64,000 nucleotides of DNA from Candidatus Micrarchaeia archaeon (GTDB lineage: Archaea > Micrarchaeota > Micrarchaeia > Anstonellales > Anstonellaceae). Positions within the stretch are counted from its first letter, which is position 1. Every line of letters begins with the position of its first letter. Below are positions 36,312-46,115 of this stretch, piece by piece. The stretch is from NCBI GenBank assembly GCA_041663445.1, contig JBAYMR010000001.1:47393-111392 (forward strand), written 5' to 3'. Under the pieces are notes generated by a model. The model saw only the letters and a list, made by a program, of their open reading frames with translations. It ran no database searches and was not told the DNA's origin. The position numbers were made by a program, and so were the translations under genes.

Positions 36312-37891
36312 GGCTTGGCGGCAAGCGAGAATATGGAGCGGCTGCAGCGCTTCTTCGCGCTTATTTCAGCATTCACGTAGCCAAGCACCATCTTCTTTAC
36401 GCGCGCGTATTCCTCGCGCGGAAGCTGCCTGTTGAGCACGGCATGGCGCATGCCCTTCACATTGGAGCAGAGGATGCACTCCTCGCAGCCTTCTAGGTTG
36501 TGGCAGAAATAGCAGTCGCTGCAGCGGCTGGAGCTGTCAATCTCGAAGCAGCGCTTGCACTCGGTCATGTCGTAGCAGTTGATGCAGAATTCCGAGTCGA
36601 GCATGCGCATGTAGCCGCCGAAGATGTACTTGGACTGGATGATGCCGGTGGAGCACGCGGACTTTTGCGACGTGGTGGAATCCCAGCTCGAATAGACCTC
36701 GCTGGACGAGATGCACTGGGAAACGTTCACGTAATCCCGGCACGGCCCGTCCACGAAGTCAAGCGAGAGCGCGAAATTGGATGCGATTATTTTTTCCAAT
36801 TCCACGAGGGGCAAGTGCAGCTGCTGCTCATTGGCGAGCGGCTTGTTCTGCGAAAGGGCCTCCTCGAACGAGCAGAGGCAGGACGCGGGAAGGCCTTTCA
36901 CCAGCGGAAGCTCGGGCTTTGATGCAGGCGAGCCGAATTTCCCCTTCACCACCTTCACAGGAAGCGCCCTTTCCTGGAGGTAGGGCACGTACGGGGCGAT
37001 GGGCTTCCTTTCCTGCCCAAGCACTATTTTCGTGGCGTCGGAAAATGCCTTTTCCACTCCCGATGGCGCAGGAAGGGTCGGGATGAATTCCACGCCGCCG
37101 TCCTCGCCGCCTTTCTTCGCTGCGAGGCGGGCAATGTCGGAAATCGAGCGCGCGCGGCCTCCCTTGTCAAGCTCGTCCGCGATTTCCAATGTGAGCTTTT
37201 TCTTGAGGGCGAGGTACTTGCCCTTGGGAAGCTCGAGGTTGCCGATTACGTTCTTCCTGCCGCGCAGGTTGTAGGCAAACATGCAGTCCAGGCAATTGGT
37301 GCAGTTGAATGAATAGTACATGTCGGAGGAGTGCGTGATGTAGAAGGACTCGAAAAGCCTGTTCACGTTTATGCCCTCGTGGCATCGGATGGAGTAGTTT
37401 ATCTTGGGGAACGCGGGGATGCCGAAGACGCACTCGGACTCGCGCACGTGGGAGATGTATGCCGCCTTTTTCACGTTCCTGACGTTGTGGGAGTAGTAGA
37501 CGTCAATGCAGTTTATCGCGTTGTCCACGAGCCTTGTGTTCATGTTCTTCTCGAACACCTTGTTGCCGCAGTACGCCACGTTCTCCCCCGCCGCGCGGAA
37601 AAGCGAGTCAATGTCCTTTATGTCGTTGATGGAAAATGCTGCGGGCGGGAGGGAAGGCACCTCGTCGGAAGAGACGAAGCGCGCGCCGGAAGGGTAGAGG
37701 TGGTGCCCGAGATAGACGTCCTTCCCCGAGACGCCGGACTTTGCGATGGTGTAGGGGAGCATCGCCTCCTTCAGGTAGGGCTCGAACTTCTGGAGCCCGC
37801 CCACGTCCCTGCCGAAAAGCAGCTTGCACAGCCCCCTCCATGCCGCGTCTATTGGCGCGATGTTGAAATTTTCCAATGTGCCACCGAGCAT
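36308..37891 (-). CDS. Cys-rich repeat protein (CPR/DPANN family), internally duplicated
   Basis: Two halves, each ending in CxNC/CxxCxxC clusters; similar to 2..451. Confidence 0.75.
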   Translation of the reverse strand: MLGGTLENFNIAPIDAAWRGLCKLLFGRDVGGLQKFEPYLKEAMLPYTIAKSGVSGKDVYLGHHLYPSGARFVSSDEVPSLPPAAFSINDIKDIDSLFRAAGENVAYCGNKVFEKNMNTRLVDNAINCIDVYYSHNVRNVKKAAYISHVRESECVFGIPAFPKINYSIRCHEGINVNRLFESFYITHSSDMYYSFNCTNCLDCMFAYNLRGRKNVIGNLELPKGKYLALKKKLTLEIADELDKGGRARSISDIARLAAKKGGEDGGVEFIPTLPAPSGVEKAFSDATKIVLGQERKPIAPYVPYLQERALPVKVVKGKFGSPASKPELPLVKGLPASCLCSFEEALSQNKPLANEQQLHLPLVELEKIIASNFALSLDFVDGPCRDYVNVSQCISSSEVYSSWDSTTSQKSACSTGIIQSKYIFGGYMRMLDSEFCINCYDMTECKRCFEIDSSSRCSDCYFCHNLEGCEECILCSNVKGMRHAVLNRQLPREEYARVKKMVLGYVNAEISAKKRCSRSIFSLAAKP

Positions 37892-37986
37892 CTATTGCCG
37901 GCAAACGTTTTAGGCGATTTCGGTGGCGGAAAGGCACTCTTTTAACCCTATCGCCTCTTAACCCCGTACCGAAGGATACAAGGTGA

Positions 37987-38145
37987 ATGATTATGCTGAA
38001 AAACTGCGTTACATGCGGAAAGCAGACCAAGGAATACTCGGAGTTCCCGTGCGCAAGCTGCGGCGAGAAGATTGTGCGCTGCAAGCACTGCAGGCAGATT
38101 TCGCTCCCCTACACGTGCAAATCATGCGGGAAGAACGGGCCGTAA
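37987..38145 (+). CDS. Small double zinc-ribbon protein (DUF1610/HVO_2753-like)
   Basis: Four CxxC motifs (CVTC, FPCASCG, RCKHC, YTCKSCGKNGP); usual position upstream of EF-1beta; missed by the ORF track. Confidence 0.9.
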   Translation: MIMLKNCVTCGKQTKEYSEFPCASCGEKIVRCKHCRQISLPYTCKSCGKNGP

Positions 38146-38175
38146 GCGCGCTTTTTGCCCCCTAGAGGTGTTTTG

Positions 38176-38427
38176 ATGGGACAGGTTGCAGTAGTAATGA
38201 AGATAATGCCGGACGACATGGCCCAGTTCGACAAGCTGAGGAAGGATGTCACGGAGACGCTCAAGCCATACAAGATGGAGGAGCAGCCGGTTGCGTTCGG
38301 GATTGTCGCGCTTTCGCTCACATTTGTCGTCGAGGACGGCGTGGGCGGCTCGGACCTGCTTGAGGCGAAGGCTGCCAAGATTGCCAACGTCTCGGGCGTG
38401 GAAATCGTTTCCGTGGACAGGCTGTAG
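38176..38427 (+). CDS. ef1b: Translation elongation factor aEF-1beta
   Basis: MGQVAVVMKIMP, EEQPVAFGIVAL, VEIVSVDRL. Confidence 0.92.
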   Translation: MGQVAVVMKIMPDDMAQFDKLRKDVTETLKPYKMEEQPVAFGIVALSLTFVVEDGVGGSDLLEAKAAKIANVSGVEIVSVDRL

Positions 38428-38526
38428 ATTTTTGTTTTGTACTTTTTGGATTTTTATCTTTTTCCTCGCTCTTTTTTCTTTTGCAGGTGTCATCCTTTAT
38501 ATAACATTTGTTACTTAATGGATAAC

Positions 38527-39093
38527 ATGCTTGAAAGGCTGATAAAATCAAGGACCGCCGTGAATGTGATTGGCGTGGCGCTTTTCCATGACGGGCTGCA
38601 TCTGCGGGAGATTGCAAGAAGGGCGGGCACCGCGCCGTCCCAGGCAAAGCGCGAGCTTGATGCGCTCGTGGCGCTCGGCGTGTTGGGGAAGGAAAAGAAA
38701 GGGAACATTTGCATCTATCACCAGAGGAAGGAATGCCCTATTTTTGGAGATTTGAGGAACCTGTACCTCAAAACGGACGGGGCTGTTGGGGAGGTTTGCG
38801 CCAGGCTTTTGAAAGTGGACGGCATCAGCCGCGCGTTCATTTACGGAAGCATGGCAGGCGGGGCATTTGGCGAGCGCTCGGACGTCGACGTCATGGTGGT
38901 TGGCACGGCAGATGATGGCGTGCTCTCGCAGGCGATGTTTGAGGCGCAGAAAAGGACAGGCAGGGAGATAAATTATATATTATGGGGCGAAAAGGATTAT
39001 GCGCAAAAGGCTAAGGAGAGGGGCGCGTTTTTCAAGTCCGTTGCAGCGGGAAAGAAAATCTGGCTTGTTGGTGAGAAGGTTGGATTTGGCTGA
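38527..39093 (+). CDS. wHTH plus minimal nucleotidyltransferase (MNT) protein
   Basis: HLREIARRAG HTH; IYGSMAGG...SDVDVMVVG. Confidence 0.85.
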   Translation: MLERLIKSRTAVNVIGVALFHDGLHLREIARRAGTAPSQAKRELDALVALGVLGKEKKGNICIYHQRKECPIFGDLRNLYLKTDGAVGEVCARLLKVDGISRAFIYGSMAGGAFGERSDVDVMVVGTADDGVLSQAMFEAQKRTGREINYILWGEKDYAQKAKERGAFFKSVAAGKKIWLVGEKVGFG

Positions 39094-39224
39094 AATGCTC
39101 AAGCGAAGGGCGTGCGCACCCTAGTAGTTGAGTCGGCAATCAGGAAAGCATGTGGCGCGCAGTAGCTTTTTATTTGCGATGTGCCTATAGTTACATCAAC
39201 TTCCCAGCCGCGCAGGTGCAAAGC

Positions 39225-39458
39225 ATGATAATTTACTTCTACGACCTGAAAACCAAGCTAAAGGACTACAACAGGATAAAGCGCATGTTCTACTACGACC
39301 TGAAGAAAAGCCGCCTTTCCACCTATCCCACGAAAACAAAGTCCGTGATAATCGTGGACGACAGCGGCGAGGCGATGGCTGACCGCTTCTTCATGCGCCA
39401 CCGCAAGCACATCGAGTGCTACAAAGCGCGCTGCACGAGCATTGAGGAGATATTTTAA
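39225..39458 (+). CDS. Small Cas2/VapD-like ferredoxin-fold protein
   Basis: MIIYFYDL...NRIKRMFYYDL...KSVIIV pattern; SD AGGTG. Confidence 0.5.
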   Translation: MIIYFYDLKTKLKDYNRIKRMFYYDLKKSRLSTYPTKTKSVIIVDDSGEAMADRFFMRHRKHIECYKARCTSIEEIF

Positions 39459-39491
39459 CATTTCAGATATAGAATTGACCGGGAGACGCGC

Positions 39492-41789
39492 ATGATTACA
39501 GAACTGTCGCTTGAGAACTGGAAATCCCATTCTTCCTCGTCATTCAGCTTCGGCAAGGGGACCAACGTGCTCCTGGGCAGGATGGGCGCGGGGAAGTCGT
39601 CCGTGCTTGACGCGCTTTGCTTTGCGCTTTACGGGACTTTCCCGAAAATGAGCAGGCGCGACCAGTCCACGGAGTCGGTGGTGAACATCGCCTCGGGCGC
39701 GGAATATGCCTCGGTGTCGCTTGCGTTCGAGCGGCAGGGGAAGAGATACGGGATAACTCGCAGGGTGGGGAAGAAAACCGCGGAGGCCGAAATCCGCGCC
39801 GACGGGAAGCTTGTGCAGAAGGGCGCGAAGCAGGTGACGGATTATGTCACGGACGCGCTTGGCGTGGACTATGAGCTTTTCACGCGCGCAATCTATTCCG
39901 AGCAGAACAGGATGGACCATCTGCTTTCGCTCACGCCGAGGAACCGGAAGACCGAGATAGACTGGCTGCTGGGGCTGGGGGACTTTGACACCGCGCGCGA
40001 GGCTGCGCAGTCCGCATCCGGGAAGCTGTCCGAGCAGGCCGCCCTCCTGCGCGCGGATGCCGACCCGAAAAAGGCCGAGGAGAAGTCGAAAAAGGCGCAG
40101 GAGCAGCGCGAGGCCGAGAAAAAGCTTTCGGAATCGTGCACGGCGCTTGGCAAGAGGAAAATCGGGCTTGTGGAAAAATGCAGGCATGCGGGGGCGGCGC
40201 TGTCTGCGCTTGAAAAGGCGAGAAGCGAGTGGAGGAAGAGGAAGACCGAGTGCGACCTGCTGTCCGGAAGCATGCAGAGGATGGCGCGCGAGGCCGAGGG
40301 CAGGCAGAGATTGCCCGAGGAGAGCATTGCAATGCTCGCGTCGGAAAGGAAGTCGCTTGAGGAAAAATTGTCCTCGGGCAAATCTTCGGCAAAAAAGCTC
40401 GCGGAGAGGCTGTCGGCTGCAAAAAGCGGTTTGGCAGTCGTCCAAAAGTCAATAGAGCTGTCATCCGCGCAGGAAAGGAAAAGGGCGGAAATGGAGAGGC
40501 GGCTGTCCTTGCTTCTGGGAGGGAAGACGGAGCGCCAGATTGAAGCCGAGCTTGCGGCGCACAAGACGGATGCGGAGAAGCTGTCGTCCGAGCGCGCGCG
40601 GCTCGCGGCTGAGGCGGATGAGCTTGGGAAGGCTGCCCACGCGCTGCACACGGCTGGCGCAAAATGCCCGGTCTGCGATTCCGCGCTTGAGCACGGGAAG
40701 GCGGAGGAGATGTCGCAGGCAAAGAAGGCAGGCGCATCCGAGAGGGAAGCCAGGGCAAAAGCCTGCGCGCTTGACATTTCAAAAAAGAAAGGCGTGATTT
40801 CCAGTCTTGAGGCCGCAATTGCCGACATCCGGCTGTGCACTGCGCAATTGGAGCGCATGAAAGCCGAGGCAGCCGACATCCCCGCGCTTGAAGCGAGGAA
40901 AAAGTCCGCGCAGGAGCAGGCCGCCCTGCTTGAAGCCTCGGCAAATGCCGAAGAGGAAGGGATAGCGCGCACTGAAAAGCTGCTTGAGGGCGCAAGGGAA
41001 ACGCATGAGGAGGCGGTGCGCACGGGGAAGCTCTTTTCCGAGCTTGAGGCCGTGAAGAAAAAGCATGCGGAAGCGTCCGCTGCGCAATCCTCGCTCATGT
41101 TTGACGAGGAGAAATACGAGGCAGCGCGGAAAGCCGCGGAGGAGCTGTCCGTCTCGCTTGCGCGCGTGGAGTCTGATTTTTCAGGGGAGGAGAGGAGGCT
41201 GGAGCTTGTGTCGAGCCTCCGCGAGGTGCTGGAAGCCGAGCTTGCCGAAATGAAAGGCAAGGCGGCGCTTGCGGGGAAATTTGCGGATGCCGCGCAGGAG
41301 ATGATGATTTACAGGAACAGCCTCTCCGCGGCGCAATCCGAGCTCCGCTTCACGCTTGTCGGGGAGATAAACGAGGCATTGGCAGAGGTCTGGCCTGCGA
41401 TTTACCCATATGCGGATTACGACGCCGTGAAGCTCGAGGCCGACGAGAAGGACTACCGGCTCCTGATGCATAAGGATGGCTGGCGCGAGGTGGACAGCGT
41501 GGCGTCAGGAGGCGAGCGCGCGTGCCTTTGCCTGTCGCTCCGCATCGCGTTTGCCACCGTGCTCACGCCCGACATAGGCTGGCTCATACTTGACGAGCCC
41601 ACGCACAACCTTGACGCCGAGGCGGTCGGCCTGCTGGCCGAGGCGATAAACCAGAAGATACCCTCCATCGTGGAGCAGACGTTCGTGATAACGCACGACC
41701 CTGCGCTTGGCGAGGCTGCGGAGGGCTCGGTTTTCAGGCTGGAGCGCGACAAGAGCAAAGGAGAGGACACGAAAGTGGAGAAAATCTGA
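39492..41789 (+). CDS. rad50: Rad50/SbcC SMC-family ATPase
   Basis: ENWKSH, GRMGAGKSS, coiled coil with CPVC zinc hook, ASGGE, ILDEPT, VITHD. Confidence 0.9.
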   Translation: MITELSLENWKSHSSSSFSFGKGTNVLLGRMGAGKSSVLDALCFALYGTFPKMSRRDQSTESVVNIASGAEYASVSLAFERQGKRYGITRRVGKKTAEAEIRADGKLVQKGAKQVTDYVTDALGVDYELFTRAIYSEQNRMDHLLSLTPRNRKTEIDWLLGLGDFDTAREAAQSASGKLSEQAALLRADADPKKAEEKSKKAQEQREAEKKLSESCTALGKRKIGLVEKCRHAGAALSALEKARSEWRKRKTECDLLSGSMQRMAREAEGRQRLPEESIAMLASERKSLEEKLSSGKSSAKKLAERLSAAKSGLAVVQKSIELSSAQERKRAEMERRLSLLLGGKTERQIEAELAAHKTDAEKLSSERARLAAEADELGKAAHALHTAGAKCPVCDSALEHGKAEEMSQAKKAGASEREARAKACALDISKKKGVISSLEAAIADIRLCTAQLERMKAEAADIPALEARKKSAQEQAALLEASANAEEEGIARTEKLLEGARETHEEAVRTGKLFSELEAVKKKHAEASAAQSSLMFDEEKYEAARKAAEELSVSLARVESDFSGEERRLELVSSLREVLEAELAEMKGKAALAGKFADAAQEMMIYRNSLSAAQSELRFTLVGEINEALAEVWPAIYPYADYDAVKLEADEKDYRLLMHKDGWREVDSVASGGERACLCLSLRIAFATVLTPDIGWLILDEPTHNLDAEAVGLLAEAINQKIPSIVEQTFVITHDPALGEAAEGSVFRLERDKSKGEDTKVEKI

Positions 41790-41826
41790 TTTTCAGCAGG
41801 CGCTGACAGAATGGGGAGAATAATAG

Positions 41827-42480
41827 CTAGAAGAAAGGTATTATTTTCATCGCCGACTGCACGAGCGCGTCCTTCGGAGCGGCGCGATTCCCCTTTTTCC
41901 GCAGGTGCTGCGCTATTTCGTGCCTGCAGACTGGCGAGTGCGAAAGGTAGGCTGATGCAAGGCGCGGCAAGTCGGCCTCCGACGACATGCCGGACGAGAC
42001 AAGCGCGCGGAGCGTGGAGACTGCCTCGTAGAACGTGGTCTCGCCTTCGTGGAGGGCGAATACCTGCGAGGGGTTGAGGAGCTTTGCCTCCCTTCCCGAG
42101 AATTCCACTGCCCCGGGGGAAAGCCCGCCGCAGCCAAACCCCTGCGTGTGGAGGGCGGCAAGCCTTTTCACGACTGCAGCGGAAAACGCCTTGCGCTCGT
42201 CGCGCGCGATTGCCTTCCCTTTCCTGCCGCAGGAGCGGCACACCACGAATATTTCGCCCTGCTGTGCGCATACGTAGCCCACCGGCTCCGCAGTGTGCTC
42301 GGAAAGCCCCTCTGAGCAAACGAGCGCCATCTGCGCGTGGGGCTCGGACTGCGCGCGGGAGAAGCTGAACTGCTCGCTCCGCTCGGCAAAGGAAGCCCCT
42401 TCCGCGGCATTGTGCCGGTCCAGAGGGTAGCTCAGGTGCTCAAACCCCTGCGCGAGCACCGCAAACCTGTTACTGCCCAT
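41827..42480 (-). CDS. Hypothetical protein with degenerate kinase-like C-lobe
   Basis: LAALHTQGFGCGGLSPGAV resembles LxxLHxxGxxHGDLxPxN without the catalytic residues. Confidence 0.5.
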   Translation of the reverse strand: MGSNRFAVLAQGFEHLSYPLDRHNAAEGASFAERSEQFSFSRAQSEPHAQMALVCSEGLSEHTAEPVGYVCAQQGEIFVVCRSCGRKGKAIARDERKAFSAAVVKRLAALHTQGFGCGGLSPGAVEFSGREAKLLNPSQVFALHEGETTFYEAVSTLRALVSSGMSSEADLPRLASAYLSHSPVCRHEIAQHLRKKGNRAAPKDALVQSAMKIIPFF

Positions 42481-42664
42481 AAGCGTACCTCTGGAATGTT
42501 TTCTTGCCGACCACTAGCGCCGAAACGTTCACCGCGCGAACGCGGGCAAGCGGCAGGCGCGAATTCATGGGAAGGTAGTTGAAGTCCTCCTTCCTTGTCT
42601 TGACCCTGAAGAATTCCTGAACGCCGTTCCTGACATTTTTCGCAACTTCCTTGAATCTTAGCAT
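42470..42664 (-). CDS. Small hypothetical protein
   Basis: SD GGTGAGG; overlaps the start of the next gene. Confidence 0.55.
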   Translation of the reverse strand: MLRFKEVAKNVRNGVQEFFRVKTRKEDFNYLPMNSRLPLARVRAVNVSALVVGKKTFQRYAYGQ

Positions 42665-42807
42665 TTTTCCTCACCGTTTTTTTTTGCCATAATCCCGTTT
42701 CTAATCGATATTCGTCATTGCAAGCCAGGCTCAGCCCGAAAAACTTCTGCCCGGCTCTCTTTTTTCCAGAGGCCCCTGCAATTTGCCAAGGTCACAAAGG
42801 CCAGTCT

Positions 42808-42891
42808 TCAAGATGGAAGAATATACTTTCCAAAAATAGGGCTAGGCATATGGCAATCCGTAACATTGCATTTGTTGCAGTTTGACACCAT
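42808..42891 (-). CDS. 27-aa Cys/His peptide (MVSNCNKCNVTDCHMPSPIFGKYILPS)
   Basis: SD GGGAGG and upstream TTTAAA. Confidence 0.4.
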   Translation of the reverse strand: MVSNCNKCNVTDCHMPSPIFGKYILPS

Positions 42892-42980
42892 GTCAAGCCT
42901 CCCGCTTATTTCCATTAGGGAACAATTTAAAAAAGAATGGGGAGGTGCACATTTTTGTGCAGATGCGATGGCGAAAAACG

Positions 42981-43925
42981 TCAAGAAACCGCATTTTTGT
43001 CCTTGATTTCCGCAAGCTTTGCCTTCAGGAGCATGGCCGATTCTTTCGGTATTTCCGAGACCATCACCACTTCGGTGCCAAGCTCAAAGCCCGCCCAGAT
43101 GGACAGGCGCGAGGCCACCTCGATGTGGAACGGGAAGGCTCCGCCCGCGTGCGGGCAGGAATGGAAGACGAGATTGTATGGGCCAAAGCACGTCGCAGCG
43201 TCAAGCGCGGCGAGCACGGACTTGAGGATGGACGCGAGCGAGCGCAGCTGTTCGCCGGAAAGCTCGTGAAGGGAATTTGCGTCAGCCACGGGGGAAATCC
43301 ACGTCTCGAAATGGTAGCGCGGCGCTGACGGGCAGAATGCAATGAAGTGCGCATTCTGCGCAAACACGTTCTTGAGCGGCTTTCTCTTCATCGCGGCGAC
43401 CTTGCCCGCCTTCTTCGCAAGCTTCCTGACATAGTCGGGCACGAACGGCATGCCCACCAGCTGGGTGTGCGAATGCTCAAGCGAGGCCCCGGCAGCCTCG
43501 CCCTCGTTCTTGAACACGATGGTGTAGGCGAGCTTCGGGTCGCGCCTGGCATCCGCCATCCTGCGCTTCACCATGGAAAGGTAATCGAAAAGGTTTTCCT
43601 CGCCAAGCTCCGAGAGCGCCTTTTGGTGCTCCGGCGTCTCCACGATGATTTCATGCCTGCCATAAGCCTTCTTGCTGCCGGCGCAGAATGCCGGGAACTT
43701 GTTGGGGAAGCAGCGCACTTCCCACTTGCCGCCCTTTTCAATCCTGTCAATCTCGGTGGGCGTGAGGCTTTCGTTCCCGGGGCAGAAGAAACACTTGCCC
43801 GGGACGGCAGCCTTTACAGGGCGCTCCCTCGGCGGATAATCGTACGGCCTTGCCCCGCGCACCGCGGTTATCACCACGCGCCTGCCTATGATGTCCTTGC
43901 GGACCTCGTTGACTGGTTTTGCCAT
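42981..43925 (-). CDS. galT: Galactose-1-phosphate uridylyltransferase family protein
   Basis: CFFCPGNE, PNKFPA, GRHEIIVE, FKNEG..AGASLEHSHTQ. Confidence 0.9.
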   Translation of the reverse strand: MAKPVNEVRKDIIGRRVVITAVRGARPYDYPPRERPVKAAVPGKCFFCPGNESLTPTEIDRIEKGGKWEVRCFPNKFPAFCAGSKKAYGRHEIIVETPEHQKALSELGEENLFDYLSMVKRRMADARRDPKLAYTIVFKNEGEAAGASLEHSHTQLVGMPFVPDYVRKLAKKAGKVAAMKRKPLKNVFAQNAHFIAFCPSAPRYHFETWISPVADANSLHELSGEQLRSLASILKSVLAALDAATCFGPYNLVFHSCPHAGGAFPFHIEVASRLSIWAGFELGTEVVMVSEIPKESAMLLKAKLAEIKDKNAVS

Positions 43926-44034
43926 GAGAACACCCCGGCTTGCATCCTGGCCAAGCATAACCGCGCCCGCCATTTGCGCCCGCTTCGCCGCCCGCAGCCG
44001 TCTGCGCCTTCCTTTTCCGCGCCAGCCATCCGGC

Positions 44035-45552
44035 CTACAGGAACGCTTCCACGTCCTCTTTCTTCTTCACGCTGTCCTCCTCGAACTTGCGCGCGATGAG
44101 CTCAAGGTCTTTGCCCTTGGCTGAGAAAACGACCCTGCGCTTCCGTATCTTGACAAACACCGGCGAGCCTACAGCCTCGCCCACGAAAAGCGCCTCGCCC
44201 ACGCGCAGCGTGGTGATGGAATCCAGCATCGCCTTGTCAATCCCCTCGCACGACTCGCCCACGTGGTCAATGTCGAACGGGTTGGTAATCCTCAGGATGA
44301 TGTTTGTATTGCACTGCGCGAGCGCGGTGGTGGCAAGCTGAACGGGCCTCTGGGAAATGAGGCACAGGCACGCGCCGAATTTCCTTCCCTCGCGCGCAAT
44401 CGTGATTATCGGCCCCTTGGCAAGCGCATGGCGCTTTTCCGCCTTCTCCGGCGCATAGTTGTGCGCCTCCTCCACCACGAGGACGAATGGCGGGATTTTC
44501 TCCTTTTTCCGCAATTTGAAAAGCCGCCTGCACAGGTACGAGACGATGAGCTGCTTTTTCTTGGAGTGGTCTATTTCGGAAAGGTCGAACACGGTGAGCT
44601 TCCCGGGCGACACGACATCCTCCAGCTTTGGGGAGTCGGTTGCGCCGAACAGGCGGAGCGAGCGGAGCTCGGAAAGCCAGGCAAGGAGAGGGCGCTTCAC
44701 GTTGTCCTTTTTCTTGTCGGCCATCTCGGTTTCCACGCGCGAAATCAAATCCTCAAGCGTGTATGCCTCGTGCTTTTCCTTGCTTTCCTTCCTCAGCGCC
44801 TCCATTATGGGGGCAAGCTCGCGCATCTGCGTGGAGGAAATCTCCGGCGCCCACTCTGCAAGCATGGAAGGCGTGATTTTCCTGAAAGCAATCCTGAATT
44901 TCTTCGCGCCGACGACATTCGTGCTCTTGGAATATTGCGTCTGGCGGAAGCCCACGTATTCCCCGTGGCTGTCAAGCACCACGACGGCCATCCTGCCGTC
45001 CTCCGGCTTGCGGTCAAGCAATTCCTCGATGAGCACCGATGTGAAATAAGACTTTCCGCTGCCGGACATCGCCAGTATTGCAAGGTGCTTCTGGAGCAGC
45101 CTGCCCATGGAGATTTTCGCTGGCAGGGAATGGTGCTGGAGGTTTCCAAGCATCAGCCCGTTGTCGTCAAGCAGCAGGAATTTCTTGAGAAGCGCGTCCT
45201 CGGCAAGCACCACCTTGCTTCCGGGCGCGACAGGGTACGTGGAGCGCGAGATGTTTTCCCCCTCGAACACGCCGTGCACGCGCGCGTTTGCCACTGCGTA
45301 TTCCCACTCGCCGGTAGGGAATGACTGGGAAAGCGGAAGGTTGCGCTCGTATTCCGCGACGGATTCCGCGCGCTCGAAATAGCGGTTCGCGCGCGTGATT
45401 TCGGTCACGGACGCCAGCACGAATCCGGACGGGGATTGCACCTTGACAAACTGCCCCTTGCGCACTTTTTGGGACAGTATCACGAATGAGAATGCGATTG
45501 TTGTCGGGCCCTCCAGGGTGGAGACCACTGTTCCGGCTTCGTCATCTGCCAT
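44035..45552 (-). CDS. herA: HerA DNA helicase/translocase
   Basis: N-terminal HAS barrel, HLAILAMSGSGKS, DSHGEY, VEEAHNY, AREGRKFG, SQRP. Confidence 0.88.
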   Translation of the reverse strand: MADDEAGTVVSTLEGPTTIAFSFVILSQKVRKGQFVKVQSPSGFVLASVTEITRANRYFERAESVAEYERNLPLSQSFPTGEWEYAVANARVHGVFEGENISRSTYPVAPGSKVVLAEDALLKKFLLLDDNGLMLGNLQHHSLPAKISMGRLLQKHLAILAMSGSGKSYFTSVLIEELLDRKPEDGRMAVVVLDSHGEYVGFRQTQYSKSTNVVGAKKFRIAFRKITPSMLAEWAPEISSTQMRELAPIMEALRKESKEKHEAYTLEDLISRVETEMADKKKDNVKRPLLAWLSELRSLRLFGATDSPKLEDVVSPGKLTVFDLSEIDHSKKKQLIVSYLCRRLFKLRKKEKIPPFVLVVEEAHNYAPEKAEKRHALAKGPIITIAREGRKFGACLCLISQRPVQLATTALAQCNTNIILRITNPFDIDHVGESCEGIDKAMLDSITTLRVGEALFVGEAVGSPVFVKIRKRRVVFSAKGKDLELIARKFEEDSVKKKEDVEAFL

Positions 45553-45609
45553 GCCATTTTTTCCGCATTATACCTTTTAAACAGGAGCCGAGAATTCATT
45601 GCGAGATAT

Positions 45610-46095
45610 ATGCCTCAGGCAAACGAGCTTCCATTTTCCGCGCGCTACTCGCTTCCGGCGCAGGTCAGCCAGAACCTGGGAGACGTCTCATGGGAATCCG
45701 TGGTGCAGCTTTCCACCGACTTCCAGGTGCGCACCGAGGAAAAGAGGACGAAGGTGCGCAAGCTTGTCAAGGAGCTCCAGATGTCCCGCCTCATACTGAT
45801 GGAAAGGATAAGCAGGGGCACGAAAGAGGGGAGGATTGACCCGAAGCTCCTGGTTGACGTTGTCAGGCTGCTGCAGCGCTGCGAGGAGGCGATGGAGGAG
45901 CACGACATTGACCTGAAGGAGTTTTCCACCTACCTTTACATAGTTGCCGAGAAGCTGAAGAAGGAGAAGATGACACGGCATGAAGGCGCGGGCATGGGCG
46001 GCGCCGTGCCCATGAAGGAGGATTTCGCGCGCCTGAAGAGCGGGAAGGGGCGGCTGCCTTTTGGAAAGATGATGGGAAATGCAAGGAAAAAGTAA
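45610..46095 (+). CDS. Hypothetical helical protein
   Basis: 161-aa ORF divergent from herA, preceded by TTTTAAA. Confidence 0.65.
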   Translation: MPQANELPFSARYSLPAQVSQNLGDVSWESVVQLSTDFQVRTEEKRTKVRKLVKELQMSRLILMERISRGTKEGRIDPKLLVDVVRLLQRCEEAMEEHDIDLKEFSTYLYIVAEKLKKEKMTRHEGAGMGGAVPMKEDFARLKSGKGRLPFGKMMGNARKK

Positions 46096-46115
46096 AATCC
46101 GCAACGGTAATTATT

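Noticed and set aside
39540..41260. Long antisense ORFs over rad50 (and similar ones across the window)
   Set aside because: Shadow frames expected from high-GC codon usage opposite well-supported genes.
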